Notes under the pieces: model-generated
Seen by the model: the letters and a program-made list of their open reading frames with translations, nothing else
What the model was told of the DNA's origin: nothing
Databases searched by the model: none
Source of the DNA: Nannocystales bacterium
GTDB taxonomy: Bacteria; Myxococcota_A; Polyangia; Nannocystales; Nannocystaceae
NCBI GenBank assembly: GCA_050633305.1
Contig: JBOEGF010000001.1
Coordinates: forward strand, 160,001 to 224,000
Length of the DNA: 64,000 bases
Direction of reading: 5' to 3'
Part shown: positions 1 to 9,152 of the stretch, piece by piece
How positions within the stretch are numbered: the first letter of the stretch is position 1
Layout of the letters: every line of letters starts with the position of its first letter
Program-made: the position numbers and the translations under genes

Positions 1-2855
1 AGACAGTGGGTGCCGACGGCTGCGTCCGACACGAGTCCGAACGCGTCGCCGAACGTCGCAACGTCGGGGTTGCCGACTTCCGCCCGCTCGAGCAACTGGC
101 CGGTCAAGGCATCGATGCGCAGCAGGACGCGTCCTTGCGTATCTCCTTCGCCGTATCCGGACCCGACGATGAGGAACGGGTCGGGCTCGTTGGACATGTC
201 GTCGTCGGGGACGTGGAAGGTCAGCGAAGGGCGGGCCCACGTCTGTCCGAGCAACGGCTCGTAGGTTCCGGTCAGGCTGGCGTCGTTCGTGGACCACAGC
301 ACCTCGAGCGGACCTCGGCTGGACACCGGGGACATGTGGCTCACATCCAGCGCCACGTAGTCGGAGCCGCCGGGCCCAAAGCCGAACACGGCGAGGTGAC
401 GCCATCGGTGGTCGTCGTCATCGGCCGACGAGTCGTCGTAGACCCAGCCCGTGTTCACGCTGGTGGAGATACCGTACAGGTGCTCGTCGAGCGCCTCGGG
501 TTGCCCCACCGACGCCGCGCCGATGGATGCTTGTTCGCCGACTCGGGTCAGCAGACCGTGCGGGATGAACCCCCACAGCTCATTCCCGCTGTTGTACTGG
601 AAGGCGTGCAGCATGCCGAGGTCGTCTCCGATCAGCACGGCCTCCTGGTACTCGTAGTGCGGCCCTCCAGTGGGGAGAATCGAGTCCCAGGACTCTCGTG
701 CGAAGCCTTCGAGTGACTTCGGAAGGGAGCCTGCATCGGTCTCGGAGAGTCGTCGGCCGCCACAGTGCGGGTCCCGGATCGCCACCGATGGGACGGTCGA
801 GGTTCGTAGGGCGGGGACACGGCGGACCAGGGTTGGGGTCGACGACGCGAGCCCGGGGAGCTTCCATCCGTCCGGCCAGTCTCGGCCGAGGATGAACGCG
901 ACGACCTCGTTGGCTTGCGCGGTGAGTCCGACCCCGGAGATGACGCCCAAGGACGCAAGCTCATCGCGGAACGTCGGTGTCGCCAGGCCTTCCTCGTCTG
1001 AGATTTTGATCAGGTTGCCCGAAGAGGTCGTCGTGAAGACCCTGCGTTGGAGCCACTCGGTCTCGGAGAGGCACTCTCCGGCGTCCCAGGCGTGTGACTG
1101 AGGGCAGGGGCCGAACGTATGCTCGACCTCGTCGTCGGTCCATTCGGGGGTTGGGGTCTGGCATTGCGGGAGCAGCTCGCCATCGGCGTCTCGGTGCTCA
1201 CACAGCTCGCGCTGGACCCGTCCTCTCCAGCCCGGCCACGCGGTCGAGGCGGTGAGCGATGTCTGCAGCGGGTCGCCTTGCCCGGGGATTCCGTCGGCGC
1301 CGACGCCAAACTCGTTCGCGACCGTTCCGGGCCCCGAGGGCAGCTCGACGTCGAGCTCGGCGGTCACGATCGAGGTGAGGACTTCGGCGAGCTCTGCGGT
1401 CGAGTTGGCCAAGTACGCGCACGTGGCGGGGTTGTCCGGGTTCCTGCACGTGTCCCAGTCCGCGTGTGGAGCGTCGTTGCACGGGGTACTGCAACTGCCT
1501 CCATCGCAGGCGCCCGCAGCCGCACACGCCATGTTGTTGATCTCGCCTGTGTTCTGGAAGAAGCCCACGACATAGGTCGCGACGCCAAGCTCGTTGCGGA
1601 GGTCTGCGAGGCGCCGATACAACACCGGGCCGCCCTGGTTGGATGGGCTGGGGACACCATCGGTGATGAGCACCGCGGTCGTCGGCGCACAGAGTCCTCC
1701 AGAGTCCTCCTCGGTTACGAATCTCAAGTAGCTGGCGACGGAACGGTGCCCTCCTTCGGTGTTGGTCCGAGGGTACGCACCGCCAACCTCTCCGACGACC
1801 GAGGCCCAAGGGGTGCCGCCGGCCGCGTCAACGCCACCGTCGGTCAGCGGTGCGGTCTTGGCGAGGACGGCCTCTGTCGCGGCCTCTTCGCTGAGTGGAC
1901 CCCACTCTTGCTCGTCGATGTCCGTGTCCGACAGGTCGAGGTAGAACGGTGCGTACAGCTTTGCTTCGTTGATGGAGTTGTCTTGGCCAACAACACCGCC
2001 CGCGTTGAGCCCGTTGTCCGAGGGCCACATCGAGTAGCCCGCGTAGTGCGTGAATCCGTCGACGTAGGGCCAGTAGTAGAAGTCCTGGTTCCACACGTTG
2101 TTCATCCGCGCGGCATCGCTGGAGCCGTAGTCCCCGTACGTCTCATCCAAGACCCGTTGATCAGGGTCGGTCTCGGCGTTGAGCTGGGCCCGGATGCCCA
2201 TGAACTGCGGGAACCACTGCACTCCACGGAAGGCGTTGTTGTTGTGGTTGGGGGTGGAGCCGATCAGCGGCGAGGGAGGAATCTCGCCGTCTTGGTCATC
2301 GGCGACGATCGGTGAGTTGATCCCGAGGTCGTCCCAGCGCAGGTACGGGTAGGGGCGTTGCTCGTTGCCTTGGCACAGGCGCCAGGTCCCGTTGACCCCA
2401 GGGAACTTCCAGATCTGTGCCCATTCGAAGTAGCCGTACCAGGTGACCCACGTGAACCGTCGGTTGTCGGCACATCGTGCGGGCGTCCAGGTCGGCGAGT
2501 CGTACTGGTCGAAGGTCATCAGCGCGAATGAGGCGGTCTCGCTGGTGTCGGAAATGACGCTGTTGATCACCCGCCGCGCCGCAGAGATTCGGCTCTCCCG
2601 GCTGTCGGTTTGTGTCTCGCAGTCGCCCCAGCTGCACTGTTCGTCGGCGGCCTGGGAGCGCCAGCTCATGGAGCCCGAGGTATCGACCACGAACAGAATC
2701 CGCGGTTGCACGTCGCCGTTCCCCAGCCCGCGAAGGACGTAGTAGGGGTCGAGTCTGGCCTGTGTGTCCTGCGCACCCCCGACCATGATCAGCACGGCCA
2801 GGACCATCAACCCCAGCCCATGTAGGCCCCATCCCCACTGCGTTCGCTTCTTCAT
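1..2855 (-). CDS. pilY1: PilY1-like pilus tip adhesin with vWA domain, copy A (3' end runs off the window)
   Basis: Not in the ORF track because no stop lies inside the window. Hand translation from ATG at 2855 gives MKKRTQWGWGLHGLGLMVLAVLIMVGGAQDTQARLDPYY..., with MIDAS motif FVVDTSGSM, LITDG, and PilY1-type motifs GDDLGMLHAF, SGNELWGFIP, YVALDVS and LGQTWARP. Colinear with 3250..7185. Confidence 0.8.
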   Translation of the reverse strand, partial: MKKRTQWGWGLHGLGLMVLAVLIMVGGAQDTQARLDPYYVLRGLGNGDVQPRILFVVDTSGSMSWRSQAADEQCSWGDCETQTDSRESRISAARRVINSVISDTSETASFALMTFDQYDSPTWTPARCADNRRFTWVTWYGYFEWAQIWKFPGVNGTWRLCQGNEQRPYPYLRWDDLGINSPIVADDQDGEIPPSPLIGSTPNHNNNAFRGVQWFPQFMGIRAQLNAETDPDQRVLDETYGDYGSSDAARMNNVWNQDFYYWPYVDGFTHYAGYSMWPSDNGLNAGGVVGQDNSINEAKLYAPFYLDLSDTDIDEQEWGPLSEEAATEAVLAKTAPLTDGGVDAAGGTPWASVVGEVGGAYPRTNTEGGHRSVASYLRFVTEEDSGGLCAPTTAVLITDGVPSPSNQGGPVLYRRLADLRNELGVATYVVGFFQNTGEINNMACAAAGACDGGSCSTPCNDAPHADWDTCRNPDNPATCAYLANSTAELAEVLTSIVTAELDVELPSGPGTVANEFGVGADGIPGQGDPLQTSLTASTAWPGWRGRVQRELCEHRDADGELLPQCQTPTPEWTDDEVEHTFGPCPQSHAWDAGECLSETEWLQRRVFTTTSSGNLIKISDEEGLATPTFRDELASLGVISGVGLTAQANEVVAFILGRDWPDGWKLPGLASSTPTLVRRVPALRTSTVPSVAIRDPHCGGRRLSETDAGSLPKSLEGFARESWDSILPTGGPHYEYQEAVLIGDDLGMLHAFQYNSGNELWGFIPHGLLTRVGEQASIGAASVGQPEALDEHLYGISTSVNTGWVYDDSSADDDDHRWRHLAVFGFGPGGSDYVALDVSHMSPVSSRGPLEVLWSTNDASLTGTYEPLLGQTWARPSLTFHVPDDDMSNEPDPFLIVGSGYGEGDTQGRVLLRIDALTGQLLERAEVGNPDVATFGDAFGLVSDAAVGTHC

Positions 2856-2900
2856 TCTCGCTGACCCCGCCGCGCTGCAGCCGGCCTTGGGGACTGACTA

Positions 2901-2916
2901 AGCAAGAGGTGTGCCG
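2901..2916 (-). promoter_or_regulatory. sigma-54 (-24/-12) promoter for PilY1-like copy A
   Basis: Minus strand reads CGGCACACCTCTTGCT (GG-N10-GC, close to TGGCACNNNNNTTGCW), about 45 nt upstream of the ATG. Confidence 0.65.
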
Positions 2917-3249
2917 CGAGATACCGAAAAAGGACGCAGTAAACATGGTTCGCCCAGAACGGCCCGGCAGTGCAGCCGGGATGTGGAGAATTCCCAGCCT
3001 CACGGCATCTATGCGGGCGCTGCGACCGCAATCCGACTTTGGGGCCCGTTGTGCTGGGGTATCCCCTGTTCTCCTACGGGCGCGGAGATCCTGGGCCGTT
3101 GTGGGTCTGTCGCACGGTCGTCCCGCTCTGAGACACCGCCGTGACATGGCGTCTCGAATCGAGCCCTGGGGAGACACGTGAGACGATCGTCGCGGAGTTG
3201 TGCCGATTGGCGGTCGCGACGAGGCGGCGCGCGGATGCGGGGACGGCCC

Positions 3250-6200
3250 CTAGCCCTCGACGGGGCTGAAGCCGCCGATCTGCCGCGCGTTGAGCGGGAC
3301 GACGTAGCTCGACGTCGACACAGGCGGCTGGTCGTCGTTGTTGTCACACGCGACGTTGGGCTTGGGGTCGGGCTGCGGCCCGCAGTTGCCGTCCTCGCAT
3401 GCGCCCCCACTCGACTGCTCGACCCCGGTCATCGAAAGACCGCGTTCGAAGCTTGGGTTCGTGAACTCGACGCTGTCTTCGCTCGCGCCGTTTTCGAAGT
3501 TGAAGCCGCTGCTGCTTTCGACGCTGAGCTGGAACGAGATCTCAAACGTGGCGCCTTGGTCGACGTGCCAGGTCTGCGTGGCGGGCTCGTAGAAGCGAGG
3601 GTCGCAGCTCTCGATCGGAGGCTCGTGGACGAAGTACGTGACCTCGACGACCTCAACTCCGTCGACGACGGTCGGCGTCTCACCCGAGGCGTCCACGACC
3701 CCACGTGTCACGATTCGAGGAGAGCGGATGGGCCGCGTGTTCGGTGCGAAGTTCCTCGTCTCCGAGACCTCGGCGGCGCCGGGGTAGGGGACGAATCGAC
3801 GCTCTCGGCTGATGTCGCTGAGCGCGAGTCTCATGTACCCGGGGTAGTCTCCGATGTCCTCGAGCGTCATCTTCGGGGCCCCCGAGGGGATCGCGAACCC
3901 TTCCACCGCATCACCCCGGTGGTCGTCAGCCAACAGATACAGACTCGAGTGAAACCGGTTGCTGTCGTCGGTCGGGTTGACTGCGCTGTCGGTGTGGGAG
4001 CCGCTGACGAGCGCGACGAGGAACTGGTCGGTGCCCTGTGAGGGCTCGCCCGACCCCGCGCTGCTCTCGTCGTCGATCCTGTCGTTGGCGGTGACCGCGG
4101 GGGCGAACACGAAGGGGTCGCCCTCGTTGCCGGGGGAGATCGTGCAGCTGTCTCCGATGCCTACGCAAGCGCGGAACTGGGCGACCGGTGTTGCTGTACT
4201 GCCCCACGTACCGCCGCTGTCGGCCTCGTGTGCGGTGTCTCGTCCGATGTCCCAGCGGAACAAGCGACCCGATGGGTCTGCGATGTAGGTCTCTTGGGCC
4301 TCTCCCCAGAAGCGGCTGAGGCAATGTGTTGCAACCGCCGCGTCGCCGACGAGTCCGAATGCGTCGTCGAAGGCATCGGCATCCGGGGCGCCAACATCGA
4401 CGTGCTCGATCAGCTCTCCCGTTGTCGCTTCGATCCGGAGCAAGTACCGCCCCGCTTGCCCGCCCACCTCGTCGCCATAGCCGGACCCGACCACGAGGAA
4501 GCTCTCCGGCTCGTTGGCCATATCGTCTGCGGGAACATGGAAACTCAGCGAGGGACGGGACCAGGTCTCGCCCAGGAGCGGATCGTAGGTGGCCGCGTGG
4601 TCATCGTCGTCGGTGGTCCAGAGCACCTCGATCGGCTGTGCCGGGGACTGTGGGGACATGTGACTCACATCCAGTGCGACGTAGTCATGTCCTCCGGGGC
4701 CATACCCGAAGACCGCGAGATGGCGCCATTTGTGGTCCGCCTCGTCGGCGTCCGAGTCGTCGTAGACCCACCCGACGTTGACCGTCGAGGAGATCCCATA
4801 GATGTGCTCGTCGAGGGCTTCTGGTTGACCTGCGGCTGCCGCTCCGAAGTCGGCCTGTTGCGCTACCGTTTGAAGCATGGACCGTGGCAGGTAGCCCCAG
4901 ATCTCGTTGCCGCTGTTGTACTGGAACGCGTGCAGCATCCCCATGTCGTCGCCGATGAGGACGGCCTCTTGGTACTCGTAGTGCCCCGCGCCACCGCCGT
5001 AGCGGGTGTCCCAGGCCTCCCGGGCGAAGTCCTCGAGGCTTTGGGGGAGGGCGCCCGCGTCTTCCTCGGAGAGTCTGCGACCACCGCAGTGCGGGTCGCG
5101 GATGGCCACGGAGGGCACGCTCGAGGTTCGCAACGGGGGAATGCGCCGGACCAGAGTTGGTGTCGATGACGCGACGCCGGGCAGTTTCCATCCATCAGGC
5201 CAGTCTCGTCCGCCGATGAACGCCGCAATGGCGTTGGCTTTCTCCTGCTCATCCGGGGCGGCGATGATGCCTTCTTCCTCTAGGAGAGCTCGGAAGGCGG
5301 ACTCCGCGACGCCATCCTCGTCGTAGATCCGAAGAAGCTGGCCCGTCGCGGTGGTGGTGTAGATGCTGCGCGAGTTCCAGTCCGTGTCGCGCAGACACTC
5401 GCCCGCGTCCCATGTATGGGACTGCGGGCACGGCCCGAACGTCTCCTCGACCTCGTCGACCGACCACTCGGGGGAGGGAAGTTGACACTGGGTCAGAAGC
5501 TCATCGCCTTCGTCACGGTGCTCGCACAGCGACCGTCGGACCGAGCCTCTCCAGCCTGGCCACGTCGTACTGGCTTGGAGGGAGGTCTGCAGGGCCTCTC
5601 CTTGGCCCGCCACACCCGCCGCGCCGACGCCAAACTCGTTCGCGGTGGCCCCGGAGCCCGAGCTGAGGTCGACCTCGAGGGCGGCTGTGACGATCCCGGT
5701 GAGCACGGCAGCAAGCTCGTCGGACGAGTTGGCCAGATAGGCACATTCCCCCGCAGGGTTGTCCGGGTTGGCGCAGGTGTCCCAGGCCGAAGCCGGGTCG
5801 TCGTCGCACGGAGAGGCACAGCTTGCGCCGTCGCAGGCCCCCGCGGCCGAGCACGCCATGTTGTTGATCTCGCCGGTGCTCTGAAAGAACCCGACGACGT
5901 ACGTCTGCACGCCGAGGTCTCGTCGTAGCGCGGCGAGCCGGCCGTACAGGGTCGAGCCCCCCTGGTTGGAGGGACTCGGGACTCCGTCCGTGAGAAGGAC
6001 CGCCGCGGTCGGTGCACATACGCCTCCCGCGCTCTGGGCGGTGACGAAGCTGAGGTAGCTCGCGACAGATTGATGGCTTCCCTCGGTGTTCGCGAGAGGG
6101 AAGGCGTCGGTGACCTCTCCGACGACCGATGCCCAGGGGGTCCCGCCTGCCGCATCGATGCCGCCCTCGATGAGGGGCGCCGTCTTGTCCAGCACCGCGA

Positions 6201-7185
6201 GTGATGCCTCGTCGACCGTGGCGGGTCCCCAGTTCGCTTCGGCGACGCTCGACTCGGAGAGGTCGAGGTAGAACGGCGCGTAGAGCTTGGCCTCATTGAC
6301 CGAGTTGTTCTGCCCGATGACGCCACCGGCATTGAGCCCATTGTCGTACGGCCACAGCACATAGCCCGCGTACTGTGGGAACCCGTCGACGTAGGGCCAG
6401 TAGTAGAAATCGTGCCCCCACACGTTGGTGTTGCGGTTGATGTCGTCGGACCCGTAGTCACCGTAGGTCTCATCGAGTACCCGCCGGTCGGGGTCGGTCT
6501 CGGCGTTGAGCTGGGCGCGGACGCCCATGAAGCGCGGGAACCACTGCACCTGCCGATCCGCGTTGCTGCTGTCGTTCGCGTTGGTCCCGATCAACGGTGA
6601 GTCGGGGAGCTCACCGCTTTGGTTGTTGGCGTTGACGGTCGCAAACCTGCCGAGGTCATCCCATCGAAGGTAGGGGTAGGGGCGCTGCTCGCTCCCCTGG
6701 CACAGGCGCCAAGCCCCGTTGATGCCGGGATACGTCCAAATGCTGCTCCACCAGAAGTAGCCGTAGTCGGTGACCCACGCAAAGCGGTGATCGTCGGCGC
6801 ACTTCGTCGGGGTCCACGTCGGCGGGTCGTACTGGTCAAACGACATCAAGGCGAAGGAGGCCGTGTCTCCGGTCGCCGAGATGACGTTGTTGATGGTCCG
6901 CCGCGCCGCCGAGATCCGACTCTCGCGGGTGTCGGTCTGGGTTTCGCAGTCGCCCCAGCTGCACTGTTGGTCGACTGCGGTCGCGCGCCAACTCATCGAG
7001 CCAGACGTATCGACGACGAAGAGGATCCGCGGTCGTACATCTCCGGAGCCGAGCCCACGCAGGACGTAGTAGGGGTCCAGGCGCGCTTGCGAGTCGCGTG
7101 CCCCCGAGGCGAGCACCAGCACTGCCAAGGCGAGCAGACCTGCGACGTGCAGGAACTGAGAGAAGCGAGCGTACCGAGCGTGCAT
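3250..7185 (-). CDS. pilY1: PilY1-like pilus tip adhesin with vWA domain, copy B (1311 aa)
   Basis: Signal peptide, MIDAS DTSGS...LLTDG, Cys-rich segments, and C-terminal PilY1 beta-propeller motifs GDDMGMLHAF, SGNEIWGYLP, YVALDVS, LGETWSRP and VVGSGY. Confidence 0.8.
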   Translation of the reverse strand: MHARYARFSQFLHVAGLLALAVLVLASGARDSQARLDPYYVLRGLGSGDVRPRILFVVDTSGSMSWRATAVDQQCSWGDCETQTDTRESRISAARRTINNVISATGDTASFALMSFDQYDPPTWTPTKCADDHRFAWVTDYGYFWWSSIWTYPGINGAWRLCQGSEQRPYPYLRWDDLGRFATVNANNQSGELPDSPLIGTNANDSSNADRQVQWFPRFMGVRAQLNAETDPDRRVLDETYGDYGSDDINRNTNVWGHDFYYWPYVDGFPQYAGYVLWPYDNGLNAGGVIGQNNSVNEAKLYAPFYLDLSESSVAEANWGPATVDEASLAVLDKTAPLIEGGIDAAGGTPWASVVGEVTDAFPLANTEGSHQSVASYLSFVTAQSAGGVCAPTAAVLLTDGVPSPSNQGGSTLYGRLAALRRDLGVQTYVVGFFQSTGEINNMACSAAGACDGASCASPCDDDPASAWDTCANPDNPAGECAYLANSSDELAAVLTGIVTAALEVDLSSGSGATANEFGVGAAGVAGQGEALQTSLQASTTWPGWRGSVRRSLCEHRDEGDELLTQCQLPSPEWSVDEVEETFGPCPQSHTWDAGECLRDTDWNSRSIYTTTATGQLLRIYDEDGVAESAFRALLEEEGIIAAPDEQEKANAIAAFIGGRDWPDGWKLPGVASSTPTLVRRIPPLRTSSVPSVAIRDPHCGGRRLSEEDAGALPQSLEDFAREAWDTRYGGGAGHYEYQEAVLIGDDMGMLHAFQYNSGNEIWGYLPRSMLQTVAQQADFGAAAAGQPEALDEHIYGISSTVNVGWVYDDSDADEADHKWRHLAVFGYGPGGHDYVALDVSHMSPQSPAQPIEVLWTTDDDDHAATYDPLLGETWSRPSLSFHVPADDMANEPESFLVVGSGYGDEVGGQAGRYLLRIEATTGELIEHVDVGAPDADAFDDAFGLVGDAAVATHCLSRFWGEAQETYIADPSGRLFRWDIGRDTAHEADSGGTWGSTATPVAQFRACVGIGDSCTISPGNEGDPFVFAPAVTANDRIDDESSAGSGEPSQGTDQFLVALVSGSHTDSAVNPTDDSNRFHSSLYLLADDHRGDAVEGFAIPSGAPKMTLEDIGDYPGYMRLALSDISRERRFVPYPGAAEVSETRNFAPNTRPIRSPRIVTRGVVDASGETPTVVDGVEVVEVTYFVHEPPIESCDPRFYEPATQTWHVDQGATFEISFQLSVESSSGFNFENGASEDSVEFTNPSFERGLSMTGVEQSSGGACEDGNCGPQPDPKPNVACDNNDDQPPVSTSSYVVPLNARQIGGFSPVEG

Positions 7186-7203
7186 TCGTCCGGCCCCACA
7201 GGG

Positions 7204-7219
7204 AGCAAGCCGCGTGCCG
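7204..7219 (-). promoter_or_regulatory. sigma-54 (-24/-12) promoter for PilY1-like copy B
   Basis: Minus strand reads CGGCACGCGGCTTGCT (GG-N10-GC), just upstream of the ORF start. Confidence 0.65.
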
Positions 7220-7312
7220 GTTGGGCACCGCTCGGTGTGCCGGTTGGGGCCGTGTTCGAAGGCCCATGCGGCCCGCTACGGGTCGCGGTTGCTGCGTGGT
7301 GGTCCGGGCATG

Positions 7313-7344
7313 AAAAAGCCAGCGCCACGGAAGCGGCGCTGGCT
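7313..7344 (-). terminator. Rho-independent terminator after the fadL-like gene
   Basis: 10-bp inverted repeat AGCCAGCGCC/GGCGCTGGCT followed by a T-run on the minus strand. Confidence 0.75.
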
Positions 7345-7365
7345 GGTCAGGACTGACGCCAACCG

Positions 7366-9006
7366 TCAGAACGAGATGTCGGCGGAGATGTTGAACAGCT
7401 GGAGGAACTGCGTGTACACCCCGTCGGCACTGGGCTGACGTGTCGGCGCCGGGAAGCGGTTGAGCGCGCTCTTCCCCTTGGTGCTGGTTCGCAGGTAGAT
7501 CAGCTCCGTCGCGGTGAAGGCCATCGCGAGGTGCTTGATGATCTGCCAGCGCACGCCGGCCGAGATCGAGAACTTGTTCATGTCCATCAGTGCCGGGTCG
7601 AGCGTCTCGAGCGGCACCGCGCTGCTGTCGTAGCCCGCCCCGAGGTAGCCCTCGAGCTCAGGGATGAACCAGTACGAGCCACCGATACGAACACCGCCTG
7701 CGTCCTTCCAGAAGCGCGGCAAGTGCTGGACGACGCCCGCTGCGGGGTTGTCTTCTTCTCCAGTGCCTGCGCCGTAGCTCTCGGGGTCGTCGAGGGCGTT
7801 TTCCCCGTCGCCGAAGTCACAGGTGTGCTCGTTCTTCGACGACACGTTGATCAAGCACTGTCGATCGGACACGGACCAACGCGTGTAGTCGCCGAAGATC
7901 CGCAGCTCGTACTTGTCGGTGGGTCGGATCCGGAATCCGAGTCGGAAGATGTCCGGGAGGCTCTGCGTGAACTCGACGTCCGACTGATCGGGCTGGCTCG
8001 TTGCCAACGCGTTTTGCAGCTTGCCCTTGAGGGTCATGCCGCCGGTGATGTTGGGCTGCGAGGTGTACGACGCTCCGATGAAGTACTTGCCCTGCTTGAG
8101 CACGTCGTAGACGAGGCCGATTCCGAAACCACCTTGCCAGCCGTTGACGTCCACGAGGCTACGGCCCTCCTTGAGGGAGGTGTTGCCATCAGCATCGCGG
8201 GCGACCGTACCGTCGGAGTTGACGGTGACGAGGTCGTCGGTGCCGTCTGCGTTGCGGGCCCGCAGCGTGGTGACGTTGGAGCGGATCGCGGACCCGCTCA
8301 GACCGATCGACAGACCGATCTTGCGGATGTTGAACGCCAGCGCGCCCGTGATGTACATCGAGCGGATCGAGCCATCGATCGAGTACCAGCGCTGTTGGCC
8401 ATCGACCGCGCCCGGGTACTCGTCGTTGCCGTTGTAGACGCTGTTCTTGTCCCACACCGCCGACCCGCCGAAGGGGAAGGAGACGGAGAGTCCGCCGTAG
8501 ATGAAGTCGGTACCGAAGTCCGAGGACACCCCAAGGAACGGAGACGCGATGGCGTTGAACAACGAGGCTTTGCCATCGTTGGCGCCCGGAGCAAGCCCGA
8601 GTGTCTCCTGGTTGTTCTGCACCGGGTTCCCCCCGGCTGCCACGTCGTCGGGGCCGGCTGCGGGCCGTTCGTATCCGGCCCAGCGCAGCGCGATTGTGCC
8701 ATCGACGAAGATGTGCGTGCCCTTGGACAGGGCAATGCCGGCCGGGTTGTAGTAGATGGCCGTGGGGTTGTCGGTCGTCGGGTGACCGTGCTCGCCCCCG
8801 AATCGGGCGGCAGCGATGCCTGATGCGTTGGCATCACCGACGCCGGCAGCAGCGAAACAACCGACGAGGGCTGCTGCCCAGACGCCTGTGCTCCACTTCC
8901 CGGCGTTGCGGGCAGCGGTGCGTGAGGGCCTGGTCGCGGGCTGGGCCGCCGTGGCATCGGGTTTGCGGGTGCGTTGCGAAACCTTGGCTGTGCGTTGCTT
9001 CACCAT
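7366..9006 (-). CDS. fadL: OmpP1/FadL family outer-membrane transporter
   Basis: DNPTAIYYNPAGI hatch motif, alternating beta-strand pattern, LGAGYDSSAVP, C-terminal Phe. Confidence 0.8.
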   Translation of the reverse strand: MVKQRTAKVSQRTRKPDATAAQPATRPSRTAARNAGKWSTGVWAAALVGCFAAAGVGDANASGIAAARFGGEHGHPTTDNPTAIYYNPAGIALSKGTHIFVDGTIALRWAGYERPAAGPDDVAAGGNPVQNNQETLGLAPGANDGKASLFNAIASPFLGVSSDFGTDFIYGGLSVSFPFGGSAVWDKNSVYNGNDEYPGAVDGQQRWYSIDGSIRSMYITGALAFNIRKIGLSIGLSGSAIRSNVTTLRARNADGTDDLVTVNSDGTVARDADGNTSLKEGRSLVDVNGWQGGFGIGLVYDVLKQGKYFIGASYTSQPNITGGMTLKGKLQNALATSQPDQSDVEFTQSLPDIFRLGFRIRPTDKYELRIFGDYTRWSVSDRQCLINVSSKNEHTCDFGDGENALDDPESYGAGTGEEDNPAAGVVQHLPRFWKDAGGVRIGGSYWFIPELEGYLGAGYDSSAVPLETLDPALMDMNKFSISAGVRWQIIKHLAMAFTATELIYLRTSTKGKSALNRFPAPTRQPSADGVYTQFLQLFNISADISF

Positions 9007-9152
9007 CGGGAACTCCTGAATCCAAGCACCTGGCCCGGGGAGGGGAGGGACTGATCCGGCTTGTGCCGATCAGTGGTCGCACTCTACACTCTCGTCACGG
9101 AAATGGGGCGCCGCTTTTGGCTCCCGGTGCCGCCAAGGACGGAAGTCTTCTC

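Noticed and set aside
6..5928. Long plus-strand ORFs (6..716, 1119..2315, 3178..4041, 4228..5169) that resemble each other
   Set aside because: They are antisense shadows of the two PilY1-like genes; their similarity just mirrors the duplication, and high GC suppresses stops.
1..7185. Duplicated adhesin as a diversity-generating retroelement or phase-variable cassette
   Set aside because: Differences are spread over the whole gene and are not adenine-specific. No reverse transcriptase, recombinase or inverted repeats were seen.
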